From NCBI RefSeq assembly GCF_006345805.1, contig NC_043008.1:558001-622000 (forward strand): a stretch of DNA of 64,000 nucleotides, given 5' to 3'. The translations under genes were made by a program, and so were the position numbers. The notes under the pieces are model-generated. The model made no database searches and was not told the DNA's origin. It worked only from the letters and a program-made list of their open reading frames with translations. Shown one piece after another: positions 25,972 to 39,917 of the stretch (positions are counted from its first letter, which is position 1; each line of letters starts with the position of its first letter). Source of the DNA: Octopus sinensis. Lineage: Eukaryota.

Positions 25972-26697
25972 TATATATACATATAAATATAAATATATAT
26001 ATATATAAAATATACTCGTCTTAATATACATGAATGTATGTATGTATGTATGTATGAATGTATGTGTGTATATACATATGTATGTGTGTATATATACATT
26101 CGTATATATTTGTGTATATACTTACATACGTATGTATCTATGTAGGTGCCTATATATATTAGTTTTCTTCCTAAGTACCATGTCCGGTGCTCCTGCTGTT
26201 ATACTTAATAAAGTGTATTTCATTTGCTTTAAGGACGTCACATTAATTTCATTATTTGCGCTGTAATTATTTCTTGATGCACGGTTAAATTTTGCGATTG
26301 GAGCTGTTTAATGGAGTACAATATTTTGTTGGTTTTCAGTGTGTCTACCTTATGTATGCTTTATTTCTTCAAATTTTAATTCAATTTTGTTTATCATATT
26401 CTTCAAACTACTAAATTCATTCATTTTTGTTAAGAATAGGTCTTTCCTGTTATTTGGAGTTTGCTGTGTTAGGTTTGGCGCAGTCTGTTTCTTCTTCTTT
26501 AGTTTCCTTTCATTTCTGATAGTGTGTGATGTGCTGCTTTCATATTCCTTTCTGCTGTGCCTGGGTTTATATGTGCGATCGAGTCGACTGTGTCGAAGGA
26601 ACCCTACAAATTCCTGGCCTTGTGCTTAAATCAGACGCCATAAAATATTGTTAAAATGTCGGAAATACCTACCGTATTTCTCTCATTTTTTTAATGT

Positions 26698-26766
26698 TCA
26701 GTCATCGTCGTCATCATCATCATCACCGTCATCACCGTCGTCGTCATTATCATGATCATCATCCTC

Positions 26767-26801
<35 letters not shown>

Positions 26802-27030
26802 CATCATCATCATCATCATCATCATCGTCATCATCATCATCGTCACCATCATCATCCTCATCATCATCATCGTCACCATCATCATCCTCATCATCATCAT
26901 CGTCATCATCATCATCGTCATCCTCATCATCATCATCATCATCATCATCATTATCATCATCCTCATCCTCATCATCATCATCATCATCATCATCGTCCTT
27001 CTCCTCATCATCATCAACAACAACAACAAA
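26698..27030. repeat. (CAT)n/(GAT)n microsatellite with strand switch
   Basis: Seen directly; source of the poly-His and poly-Met ORFs. Confidence 0.95.
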
Positions 27031-27960
27031 TTGTTAGTGTATTATTATTGTCATTGTTGCTGCAGATATCATTTTCTCACACAATATACGACCCTTTTTC
27101 TTTATACAGACTTGAAATCTGTCACCGTTTTCAAATAAGGCGAGGTTGAAGATTATAACGATTGTAGCTTCCTTGTAGCATTTGTAGCCCGACTATACAA
27201 AACCGCTTCTGTATGGCTACATTATATAGATTTAGTTAATTCCCGTACAAGAATCAATAACAGTATTTAAAGGAAAGTAGGTTGGCGAAGTTCATAATAT
27301 GAATACAAATGTCGCTCAATGATTGGCAGGTTATTAACTTTAGATCCATTTCAGCTTTATCCTGTTCGATAAAACGGAAAACTAAAGCTAAGATGGACAC
27401 CTGTAAAGAAACAGTAGCGACAACTGCAAGAACAACAAAAGACTTTCCTCATAATGGATATATAATAGTAGCTAGACAAGATCATTTAAAATCACTCGAA
27501 TATTTTGGATTGTAGGCTCTGCTTCAAGATGGCGGCAAGTGTTATTGTAATTAAGTCGATAAGAGAATAAACATTTCGCATTCTCTTTATCTAAGGAATC
27601 TAATTCTTATTCTACCATCGGCGCTTTTACTGGAATTAGCCTCGAACGCGACAGGATACCGTTTCTAACAATGTTACGGTTGCCAGGCCGCAAAAGATCA
27701 GACAATAACTGTGAAAGGAATAATATTTAAGACAAATAATAATAGGGATTTCAAATTTTTTGGTACAAGGTCAGTAGTTTGGGGGTGATGGTGTGAAAGT
27801 GAATTACATCGATCCCAGGGCTCAGCTTGTACGTATTTTATCGATCCCTCGAAACGACGAAAGGCAAAGTCGACCGCGAAAGATTTTGAACTTGGAACGT
27901 AAAGATGCACGAAAAAGCCGCTTAGCTTTTTGTCCTCATGCCTTAATGATGATGATGATG

Positions 27961-28050
<90 letters not shown>

Positions 28051-29114
28051 GTCCTTCCTACTTTAGGCACAAGGCCTGAAATTTGGGGGTGGGGTGGGTG
28101 ATAATGATTATGATGATAAACCGTTCAATCTTAAGTCTACTACTTAACCGCTCATCAAATATGCAAAATATGAAAATATTTCTTTCTTTGGATTGGAATC
28201 GAAAAACAAAACCCTTTTCTATCCATAAATTACAGATGAAGAAAGAAAAGAAAAAGAAAAAGATTAAAATAAAAATCCTTCATTGGTGGCGGCGCTGAAA
28301 AGTCTTGTAATGGTTTGTGGTTAGATTAACGGTTTATTAACACTTAATGTCTTAATCTTTACTTCATTCGATCTGAAGAAACATTTAAATGATTTGTAGC
28401 CACGAAAACAAAAGAAAAAATAAAAGAAATATCAGATAAGTTGCACCGTAAAATTTGTACAGAAAGTAATCTAATCAGAAATTTGCTTTTCAATAATTCA
28501 TGAAATACTGTCTGGGTGAGTAAAGATTTTACTGTCGCTAAATGATGTAATAAAAGAAAAACAGCTGATGTTTAAGAATTTCTATACAGGGTTGAGTTGG
28601 CCTGGTCGCCTGGTGAATGGGGTGGCGTCATCTGAAGTCTAAAACAATGCAAAAACGCATTGTGACCAGCGGTGTGTAACAAAATTTGATAGCCTGGTCA
28701 ATCATGTAATCATGTGATATATGTATATATGTATGTGTATATGTGTGTGTATGTGTGCGTGTGTATCTATGTGAATATTTGTCCCCTCACCGCTGCTGTT
28801 AGTGTGTTTACGGTCCCGATAACGTAGTGGTTCGGCAAAAGATACTGATAGAATAAGTACCAGACGTTGAAATAATAGACACTGGAGTCGATTTGTTTGA
28901 CTAAATCCCTTGAAGGCGATGCCTCAGCATGGCCGCTGTCCAATGATTGGAGCAAGTAAATAATGAAAAGTTAAACTTCTGATGAAAATGAATCGCACGA
29001 TCCGCATTTGATTGTTCCCTATAATCCTTTCACAAATTTTAGGGAAACGAGGATTGTGGCAGCTTATCTCTTATAAATCTTAACTCGGACTACGTAAGAT
29101 ATAAATATTTAAAA

Positions 29115-29511
29115 CTAGCAGTATAGCCCTGCGTTACTCGGGGTTGTTTTCTTTTCGACCCTTTAGAATTGGAATTTTTGAAAAGTAAATATTTTGCATT
29201 ATGTAGCTTGTTATTCTCTTTAAGTGAACATTTTTCTGGTTGAAATACACCAAAAAATGACGACACAGCAGTCAAAAAATCGTAAAAAATAGGGATTTTC
29301 ATTGAAAAAAAAGCACCTTTTTGACGTAAATAATTTTTGGTTTTAACATGGTCCGATTTGACTTTTTTCTTCTGCGGAATGAAGAGCAAACCTTCTTCTA
29401 TCATACTCTCAATTTTGGTCAACTTGCGCCGCAGGGTCTCGGAGGAGATAGAGTTAGTTGAAGGCTACCAAACCTGCCATACACAGACAACTTCAGCTTT
29501 ATAGATAAAGA
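29115..29511 (-). mobile_element. Non-autonomous Helitron
   Basis: Minus strand has 5' TC, a 3' hairpin and CTAG; inserted between A and T, no TSD. Confidence 0.8.
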
Positions 29512-29945
29512 TTTAAGGAGCGTTAATGTTGTAAGCGACCCTATCGGAGTCCGGATTGGAAACTCTTCTGCTTACGTCATTGATGACCTTTAGATTTGTG
29601 TGGCTTAAATTCTCAAATAAATATATAAATATATACATATAATAATGTTGGTATTTATTCAGAGTTTCGGTGTTAATAATTAATTCTTTTAATTTTCAAA
29701 ATATGAATTATCCATCAACAATTGAGAAACATTCTTTATTTCATATCCCGGAGATCTGGGTTATGAAAAATGCGAAAGTCATTCCTACCTCAATGATACG
29801 CTTCAAAGACCACATGCTGATAATCAATCAATCAGACGCATGCGCACAAAACACACACGCGTGTGTATGTACACACCTATGTATGTATGTGTCAGTAGAT
29901 AACTCTCTCCTCTCTTCCTATATATATATGTATATATCCATATAT

Positions 29946-30188
29946 AAGGCGGCGAGCTGGCAGAAACGTTAGCACGCCGGGCGAAATGCGTAGCCGTATT
30001 TCGTCTGCCGTTACGTTCTGAGTTCAAATTCCGCCGAGGTCGACTTTGCCTTTCATCCTTTCGAGGTCGATAAATTAAGTACCAGTTACGCACTGGGGTC
30101 AATGTAATCGACTTAATCCGTGTGTCTGTCCGTGTTTGTCTCCTCTGTGTTTAGCCCCTTGTGGGTAGTAAAGAAATAGAAATAGGTA
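29946..30188 (+). mobile_element. SINE family A, near-consensus monomer
   Basis: AAGGCGGCGAGCTGGCAGAAACGTTAGCAC...GTTCAAATTCC...GTAGTAAAGAAATAG. Confidence 0.92.
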
Positions 30189-31591
30189 TATCCATATATT
30201 TATGGTGTGTGTGTACGCGAACGCGTCTCCCGTTGTGTTTACGTATTTTTCACCCGTTGTGGATGTCCTCTTCGTATTTTGTGTTGGTTTGTATTTTGCC
30301 CTGTACTTATCTCTCGTGTGTTTACGTGGTTTTCGCTCGTTGGTGATGTCCTGTACTTAATGTGGACGCAATGAAGCTGAACCCGAATCAAACTAATGGG
30401 TCGGCGACTAGTCAAACATTGAGCTTCGACCGCAAAGTTCACCCCAGCGACTATTCATAATTCTCAGCACAACTTGGAGTCTCGGAACAAAACCTATTTC
30501 CCCCATATTTTCTTTTATCTCTGAATCATTTATCGTGATGTCTCTTGTTCTTTTCTTTTCCTTTTTTTCCTTTTTGAATCAAACAACCGCGATAAACGAG
30601 TATAGAGCGTTGTATCAAAATATTTTCGGTTAGTTTAACACTGTTCATATTCTTGGAGTTAATTCTCGCCATAAATGTTGAAATTAATAGTGAAACTTTG
30701 TTGCTTGACATTAGGAAAATAGACCACACCGTTTCTGGTCGAGTTTATATTTATATTATTATTGTCATCTTTGCTATTGTTCATTAACATCACCAATTCT
30801 CTTGAAATTTGCTGCGATTTTCCTTTCTGGCGATATTGGAAGGTAATAACATCTAACATCTCTTAAGGGTATCACTAACAGAAATATAACCGAGTTTCTA
30901 CTATATATTCATATTAGAGAGAGGTGTCTGACCAGAAGTCATTAATAATAACAAAATACTTGTGGAGGTAGAAGTATTTACTAATTTATTCATAACAAGT
31001 AATATTTCTAATACTTAAAGCGAAAAGCAAGTTAGTCGGTTAACATGTACGATAATCGCTCGCCTGGTAAACTCCAGATATGTATTTTGAGTTCTGTCAG
31101 ACAACTCTTCTATTCCAAATTGGTACCTATGTCTTCTATAATATCTGTGTGTATGTGTTTGCGTTTGTAAATGTATTATACATGTACGCGCATATTTGGA
31201 TGTGTATGGGAGTGGATAGATATTTTCCATGGATGAATATTTTATGGTTCCGCTCTGTCAGAGTGGAACCATTCCTCACTGATCCAAGATAACTCGATTA
31301 TTAGTTCAACTGATTATAATAACTGGTTATAATCTGTTGCTAGGACTTAATATACATAAGTATAATGAGTATTACAACGCTCCATCGACGAGGTGGTATG
31401 AATTCACTAATGTCCTCAATTTTGGACTCTTATGTGAATGGCAAAATGAGTACACACCGAAATATCACCTATTCAATGAAAGGCACAAAGACAGCAGTTA
31501 TGAAATCACATTCATTCAACAAGTTCAACACAAAAATAAAATAGACAGCTTTCTATAGTTTGTTCACTTTAAATATAAACAAACATATATA

Positions 31592-32820
31592 CAGGGTGCG
31601 ATGGGTAAATTGTTGCCATTTTATAACTTTAATTTCGTGCATGCGCATTCTTTATTTTTCATTTTGTCGACTACACTGTCTAGTAGAGTCAGTTGGGCAC
31701 CGTCTGTGAGAAAAACACCACCATGACGCAATTCACTCTGTCGGAAATTTGGAAACGACATACTGTATTGCTTGGCATTCACGCCGGAAGTTCCAATACG
31801 CACATTTCAGAGTGTTTGGTTGTCAATCTGAGGACAATGCAGAGGATTTGGAAAAAGTCTAATGGTGATTAAGAGGGTACGGCAGCTCGGAAAACCGACT
31901 CTGATCGTTCTGATAAGAAAAGAACTCCTGAATTTGTTCGTGAGATCCAGGCCATGATTGACAACGATCCCTTCACAAGTCAATCAGGTCCATCACCAGG
32001 GACATGGGACTGTCTGGGTTACTTATCAGGCAGGTAGAGCATGAAGACATTCTGTATTCTTCATACAAGATGAGAAAGGGCCAATTTTTATCCCAAGCCA
32101 TCAAGGACAAGAGGAAAGACTGCGTTACAAAATGTTTGAACAAACTCCAGCATCCCCTCCAACACAAAGGACGACCATTAGCTTGCAGTGTCCCCAAAAC
32201 ATGTACCGAGAGTGATAAAAATCAAGCATCCAGTCAACATCATGGTGTTTGGAGTGATCACCATTGATGGTGAGGTTATGCCTCTATTTATCTTCCCACA
32301 CGACCTCAGACTCAACATGGAGTTCTTCATCCAGTGCCTGGAGGAGGGAGAGCTTCCCTGGGTCAAGAGGTGGCTGCTGGAAGACCCTATGTTTGGCAAT
32401 AGAACTCTGCACCATGTCACACAAGCAAGAGAAACCACTCATGGCTGTCAGACAATGTCTGCGACCACATCATCCCTAAAATCTGGCCACCTAACCACAT
32501 CATCCCTAAAATCTGGCCACCTAACTGCAACCCCCTTGACTATTATGTGTGGGGCGCAGTTGAGCAAGAGGCCAAAAAAACGCCTTATAACACCAACGAT
32601 GAACTAAATTCATCTTAAACAAAGTGACTGTTCAGAAGAGCTGCAAGAGATTTCGAAGCCGTCTGGAGGTCGTGGTTGAAGCCAATGGCGATTTTATTGA
32701 ATAGATTTACTCTTTAGCATTTCAAGATATTTTTATGTAATTTTAGTGAATATATGTGTTAAAATGAAATGTCAGTATTATTTCATTTTTGCGTAATTTA
32801 GACGACAATATATTCATCGC

Positions 32821-32826
<6 letters not shown>
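31592..32826 (+). mobile_element. Tc1/mariner DD37D (maT) transposon, defective, both TIRs present
   Basis: TA|CAGGGTGCGATGGGTAAATTG ... CAATATATTCATCGCACCCTA|TA. Frameshifted transposase (KHPVNIMVFGVIT, CNPLDYYVWGAVE). 30-bp internal duplication at 32464-32523. Confidence 0.9.
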
Positions 32827-32866
<40 letters not shown>

Positions 32867-33233
32867 CATATACACGCACATACACATACACCCAAATACA
32901 CACGCACACATGCTATGTACACGTTAGTGGTAACGATCGGGGAGAAATAAGAACTTATCGAAACTCGTGTATCTGGGATTTAAGCCGGTCGGCTGAAAGC
33001 GTTAAATCGAAAACTTCTGCGTGTGACTATAAGAACACGTGGAAAATTAAAGCGAATTAGATTATCACTCACTCTCTCACTCTTTCTCCCTCCCTCTCTT
33101 TCTTTATATATATATACATGTGTGCATGTGCGTTTAGGTAACAGTGTGTGTATAGATATATGCGTGAGTTTGTGTATGTACATATATGAATAGGTGTGTA
33201 TATGCATATACGTTTAATGTTTACATACATACA

Positions 33234-33279
<46 letters not shown>

Positions 33280-33314
33280 AAGAGTAAATACATATATATA
33301 TATATATATATATC

Positions 33315-33522
33315 ACGTCATCACGTGACCGACCAGACCAACAGAAGAAAGTAGGAGGAAGAGTGGTGAAAGAGTACAGCAGGGATCACCACCCGCTGCC
33401 GGAGCCTCGTGGAGCTTTTAGGTGTTTTCGCTCAATAAACACACACAACGCCGGTCTGGGAATCGAAATCGCGATCCTACGACCGCGAGTCCGCTGCCCT
33501 AACCACTGGGCCATTGCGCCTC

Positions 33523-33523
<1 letters not shown>
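33315..33523 (-). mobile_element. SINE family C variant
   Basis: Minus strand has a GGAGGCGCAATGGCCCAGTGG..TTCGATTCCC head and a TTGAGCGAAAACAC core. Confidence 0.8.
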
Positions 33524-33582
<59 letters not shown>

Positions 33583-33607
33583 ATATATATATATATAAAT
33601 ACATACA

Positions 33608-33642
<35 letters not shown>

Positions 33643-33974
33643 GGATTTAGTAGATATAGAGAAACGTCGCAGTGACCTCTTTAAGGACGCGGTCAAGCTT
33701 GGGTTATTTGGAGATCTGGTGAGTGTCGAATCACCACTTGTGCAATACTTGTGCAATCCTAAGGAATGACACTGCTAAATCCTAAGGAATGACACTTAGA
33801 GATTACATTGAGAATTTAATGAAAATTAAAGGATTGCTCTAAAGCAGATCTTCCCAACCTATTTTCCCCCAAGCTACACTAGAATTTTCCAGATGGTTGG
33901 GGGAAAAAACAACTTTATTTTTAATATTCTATCATAATTATAAGGCAGCAAACTGGCAGAATAGTCAGCAGGCC

Positions 33975-34108
33975 GGGCGAACTTTTCTACGGTCAAATAT
34001 CCAAAGGCGAACTTTCCTACGGCCAAATATCCAAAGGCGAACTTTCCTTCGGCCACATATCCCGAGGTGAACTGCAAAAATGTTTGCAGCAAACTTTCCT
34101 AGAACCGC
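33975..34108. repeat. 15/30-bp periodic repeat ending CTAGAACCG (possible DNA-element end)
   Basis: About 3 copies of GGCGAACTTTCCTACGGCCAAATATCCAAA. Confidence 0.7.
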
Positions 34109-34706
34109 ATGCAATACGCTTTAGCGTGATCATTCGACTGTTTTCCTTAAAAGACATTTCAACTGCGATCATTCCCACATTTTGAAGACATCATTCGATT
34201 TTATAAAGATGTGGCTGCTATTTCTAGCATCTAGGACAACGTCAGATGTTACTTTGCTAATTTTTCAAACTATACTTTCTTCTGCACTCATTTGGCACCA
34301 ATATAAAAACTCAAAGGTCATTGTACGTTTCCCTCACTTCTTGAAGTTCATTTTTGTCTTATGAATTGACCATTTCAACATTGTGAGCTTTCTATTTTCT
34401 TTCTCTTTTCCCCCCTATTAATATGACAAACTCAGCTGTCGTCTTATTAGGAAATATACTGCAACAGTTGCTAAATGACTCCTATATATCTTCTTCCTGT
34501 TGTATCTGCAATTGTTACTTTCGATGAATGAGATGAGCCACCAACCCGCCCCCCCTCTCAACTTATCTTTTTTTTTCTCAAGACTTGTTTCTTTCAGGCG
34601 ATAAAATTAAGCATTAACTATTTCCTTGTCATCGAAGGAATGAATGGATAACATTATTGGCATACAAATCAAGTAAACAACAACAACAACAATAATAATA
34701 ATAATG

Positions 34707-34823
<117 letters not shown>

Positions 34824-35081
34824 GTAATTCTACTATTGTTACTCAATCTCTTTAACACATTAATCTTCAAGTGTTTTTTAAAAAATTCTCCAATGATTGC
34901 GTTGTTATTACAACTATTATTCCTCGGAACGATGTATATGGCGTCATGTTTTTTCACAGCAGAAATGTAATTATGTAACCATCCATACATGCACTCACAT
35001 ACATGTGTGTGAATATCACAATGTACACACACACGTATATGAGTGAATATATATATGGACATAGTCGCACACACGCACACA

Positions 35082-35130
<49 letters not shown>

Positions 35131-35240
35131 GGTTATATATGTGTATATATATGTATACAGATTCATGTATATATATGCATGTTTATATATGTATATATAT
35201 ATATATATGTGTTTGTATATATACATATATATATATACAC

Positions 35241-35574
35241 GTATGTATGTATATGTATATATGTGTGTATGTGTGTGTATTATACATGCAAGCTTATATA
35301 TATATGTATGTATGTGTGTGTGTATATATATATAATTATATATGCATGCCTGTAAATATATATATATATATACAGACATGCATACACACAGTCACACACG
35401 CACACACGTATATACATATGTATACAAGCATTTATATAGATGAATATATATATATATACATTTACAGGCATGCATATATAATTATATATATATATACACA
35501 CACATACATACATACATATATATATATATATAAGCTTGCATGTATAATACACACACATATATACATATACATAC
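35241..35574. repeat. Inverted duplication of a microsatellite mosaic
   Basis: TATTATACATGCAAGCTT..GCATGCCTGTAAAT (35241-35372) is mirrored at 35444-35574. Confidence 0.85.
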
Positions 35575-37555
35575 ATATATATATATGCGCATGAATTTAT
35601 GTACGTAGTGAGTGTGGAATTTTTACTGTTAATCGAAAAGTAAGAAAAAAGCTAATGGATCGATGTGATATCAATGTCAGCCTAACCTAAACTGTTCATT
35701 GTGACGATACTACATTAATTCCGGCTTCATCAGCATATTTATTTCTGCATTCATTTTAACAGTTAAGCCTTTAGTTGAATTCTTATTATATAATCTCCAC
35801 TAATAGTAAGACTACTTTTTTTTTTTACAGTTTTGAAAACGGCGAGCTGGCGGAATCGTTGGCGCGTTCGGCAAAATGTTTTGCAGTATTTCGTCGTTTA
35901 TGTTCTGAGATCAAATTTCGTTGAATTTGACTTAGCCTTCGTCTTTGACTTAGCCTTCGCCAAGTGCCAGTTGAGTGTTGGGGTTGATATAATCAACTCT
36001 TGCCCTTCTCCGGAAATGCTGGCTTTGTGCCAAAATGTCGAAATCAGTAATACAACAGGTTTTCGGAAAATGTAGACATATACTAATGACATTGTGTTTT
36101 CGTAACAGAAAAAAAAGCCACATCTCGTCTATGACAGGGATTCTTTCATGTACCCAAGGTCCAGATGTATATTATGCAATATATTTTACGAGAAATATGT
36201 CCCACTGTATCCGCAGACACCATTTCCATCAAGGCACTGTTATACATGCAAAAAATATAAAAAAAGAATCCTAGCACAGAGGATATGTTGTAGCCATGAA
36301 CTGGTCAATGAACCACAAACGTGTTACATCTTTTGAAAAACAGTCCAATACTCACAGAGAACTCCTATTATTGATCTCTGGTCTATAAGGTAAGAAGAAA
36401 ATAGCGATATAAAGTGTAGGTCTTCTCATGAAGACCAGAAACTACTTCCCTTTTATAGATTGTCAGACTGTTTCTAATTATATCTCGGCTGTCACTTGCC
36501 AGCAACAACTGTCGAACAAATGTTTTATTTTATTTTATCTTTGATCAGTAAGTATTATTTTCTATTTGCTTCTATCTAGAAATCAAGGAAAATGACTGCT
36601 ATTCTTTTCAAACTTTGCTTTCGTGACCTGAGCATTAATATTTCAGCGCTGAATTGCTGAAGCGGAAATATCGTTATAACAAATATTCTGCTCAATACCT
36701 CAGATTCGCTTGTCAGTTGCTTGACCTTAACGACATGAGCATGTTCCTTAGTTGCTGACAACATGTATATCTCTGATTATGAGCAGGAGTAGTGGGGGAA
36801 CATCATAGCCGTGTGTTGACGGGGATTCTTTACGGTTTGAATAAATGTAACAAAAGCTAAGTTTGAAAGAAACATTAGCCATTTTTCATACTTGCTAGGG
36901 GTAAGCAAATAGGAAATAACAATTGCTACTCAAGGACAAAGGTCATGTTACACAGTGTAATGATTGTGATTTCTCTGCTTTAGGTGATTGTGTAGATGCG
37001 GGTGTTCTCTCAACACTCTCAACTCGGTAGAACCTCAAGGACATGACTGATGGAAAGTTTTCCCAATTCTGGCAGTTATCTTATCGATCCTGAAAGGAGG
37101 AAAAGCAACACTTACCTCGAAAGAACGCTAACACTGAGCATAAGAATTTGGATATACTACAGAGAGTCAATTTACCGCTCTAGACTGATTCTTTACTTCA
37201 CTGATCCTGAAAGATAAAAAGCAAAGTTGAGCTCGGTGGTTTTGAAATATGATCGTAAAGAGCCGAAAGAAATACCACTAGACATTTTTTCTACATTCCA
37301 ACAGTTCTTCCAATTCTTAAACCTTATACAGCAGTAACCCCAAACAATTTTGCATCAAAAAGCAAATAGAGGTGTTTCTCTATTTATCTTCCAGTAAAAA
37401 CGAGCAGCAAAGGAAAGCAATCTAAGATGCCCCGTTCATATTCGCTTGCTGATGACACAATGACAAGTGGAAAATCGTCGTTTGATCTGTGCAACCCGAG
37501 ATCTAAAACTATGATTTTCATATTATTTTTATTTTTCGAGCGCAAATATGCTGAC

Positions 37556-37743
37556 CGCTGTTGTATTCATAACAGGAGAACAATTACCTTTTATGACAAC
37601 GTGCTCATAACTCACGCGACTCATTGACTCTTGGTATTCTCTTGACGCAAAGAAATTCCTTGCGCCAATGATGCAAGTGAGTTATGAACATTTTGTTGTC
37701 ATAAAAGGGAGAATTTTTTTCTCCTGTGACATGCAGGACAGCG
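37556..37743. repeat. Foldback palindrome (MITE-like)
   Basis: ACAGGAGAA..CCTTTTATGACAAC..TCATAACTCAC / GTGAGTTATGA..GTTGTCATAAAAGG..TTCTCCTGT. Confidence 0.8.
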
Positions 37744-38112
37744 AGAATGACAAATGATTTGAAGTGAATCCGATGATGCCGAGCAAAGGAAACTGGGGAT
37801 TGCTGATCCTTGTCAACGTGATTTTGTCTTTGATACGGTTTACTGACGCTTTCATTAGTTCAGATATAGTTTAGGGAAAATACAAACTGAGTTACTGTTC
37901 TGTATAAAATATAATTTGTAAGGCTCAGAAAGAATGAGTATGGCATAGCGTGTGACTAGGCTGTAATAGTTGAATGGCAGGTAGAATCCATTTTCCAGGC
38001 TTCTATACAGTTTCCGTCTGCTCAATTTCGCTCATAAGGAATGGATCGTTCTGATCGTTACAAAAAATGACATTTGTACATATGCATGTGTGTGTGGTGT
38101 GTGTGTGGTGAA

Positions 38113-38420
38113 GGCGCGTGGCTTAGTAGTTAGGGCATTCGGCTCACGATTGTAAGGTCATGAGTTCAATTCCCGGTGACGCATTGTGTCCTTGAGCAAG
38201 ACACTTTATTTCACGTCGCTCCAGTTGACTCAGTTGGCAAAAATGAGTAGTACCTGTATTTCAAAGGGCCAGCCTTGTCACACTCTGTGTTACGCTGAAT
38301 CTCCATGAGAACTACGTTAAGGTTACACGTGTCTGTGGAGTGCTCAGCCAACTGAATGTTAATTTCACGTGTTCCGTTGATTGTATCAGCTGAGACCCTC
38401 GTCGTCGTAACCGATGGAGT
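38113..38420 (+). mobile_element. SINE family C, full length
   Basis: Colinear with 22511-22826. Confidence 0.9.
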
Positions 38421-38815
38421 GCTCCGTATGTGTGTGTGTTGTGTATGTGTGCTTGCGACGGGCGTCTACTTTCCGTTTACCCTGTTTCACTTACAAAATT
38501 TGGATCGTAAACAGCATCCATCATATCTCACTACAACACCGTTCTACTTTGTGCAAATTAAGAGCTGAAATCATGTCTAGCCCCAAGTAAACGCTCATTA
38601 TTCACGCAAAATTAACCATTTTGCTATGGTATCACATCCGAATAAAATGTAGTTTTTCATGCAAACCTAGGTTTAATTTTTTTCCTTCCCTACATCAGAA
38701 AGAAAACCTAAAGTAATATTCAGTTTCTCTTCTGGGAAGAGTCATTTTCTTTTTGTGCCTTTTAATTAAACACACTCACCGGTAAAATTTCCACTTTTTT
38801 CTTATTTTTATTTTC

Positions 38816-38852
38816 CTAAAATTTTCGTTGCGTCTTGCAACCTTTTCAATAG
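38816..38852 (-). ncRNA. Minimal HHR-like motif with U3-A8 core in a short repeat (about 38720-38855)
   Basis: Minus strand: CTA TTGAAAA G GTTGC AAGAC GCAAC GAAA AT TT TAG; 3-bp stem I, palindromic stem III AATT. Confidence 0.55.
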
Positions 38853-39576
38853 TTTTTACTCTAAACCAAAAACGAAATATTCAGTTTCTTTTCTTTTTTT
38901 TAATTTTCTTACAGAAAAGTTTTCTTTGCACTTAACTTTCAAACGTACTTTTTTAACTGGAGGTACTTGCTTTGAAAGTTCCTCACAAATTTTACTACAT
39001 ATACATGAAGACAAAGAAATGCATTGATGATTTTTAAAATAGCGTTTAAGGGCTTGTATAACGGATTGGAGGTTTTATCTTTTCCCATTGCGTGTCAAAA
39101 CTACCTAGCGTGGAACTGAACCAGTCTCGTAGTCTTAGCTTATCCAGTTCTTATTTTGTGATACTGACACTGACACACATTCATAAGTCACAGATTAAAA
39201 CAAATGAATTACATACATACATACATACAGACAGACATACAGACAGACAGACAGACATACAGACAAACACGTTTGTAATTTTGCATGCACATTAATATGC
39301 AAACAATATTTTCTAAACAGAGAGACATGTTCGTATTTATGATACTTTTATGGGCTTAATGCCTCGATTCGATGCAATGTCAGCAAAAGACTTGTCCACC
39401 CAATTCGAAAATCCGATTTCCATTTTCATGTAAGAACAGCTCTGCTCAGTGTTAAACAGAGATAATCTCAGATTAACATGCCAGGTTCGGATTAAATACA
39501 ACACTTAAACAAATCCAACTTTGTATTTAAATGATCTAGATACATGTGGAACATGTATCGTTGTTATAAATGATGA

Positions 39577-39654
<78 letters not shown>

Positions 39655-39886
39655 ATATATATTCATATATATATATATATTCATATATATATATATATAG
39701 AGAGAGAGAGATAGATAGATATATATATAGATATATAGATATACATACCTATATATACACACACACACATATATATATACATGCAAATACATATAAACAT
39801 ATGTACACATATATACATTTTGCATATATATGCATAATACATATATTTGTATATATATATATATATATAATATATGCATACATACA

Positions 39887-39917
<31 letters not shown>

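Noticed and set aside
26694-27149. His/Asp-rich 151-aa ORF resembling a metal-binding protein
   Set aside because: Pure (CAT)n/(GAT)n repeat that is open in several frames on both strands.
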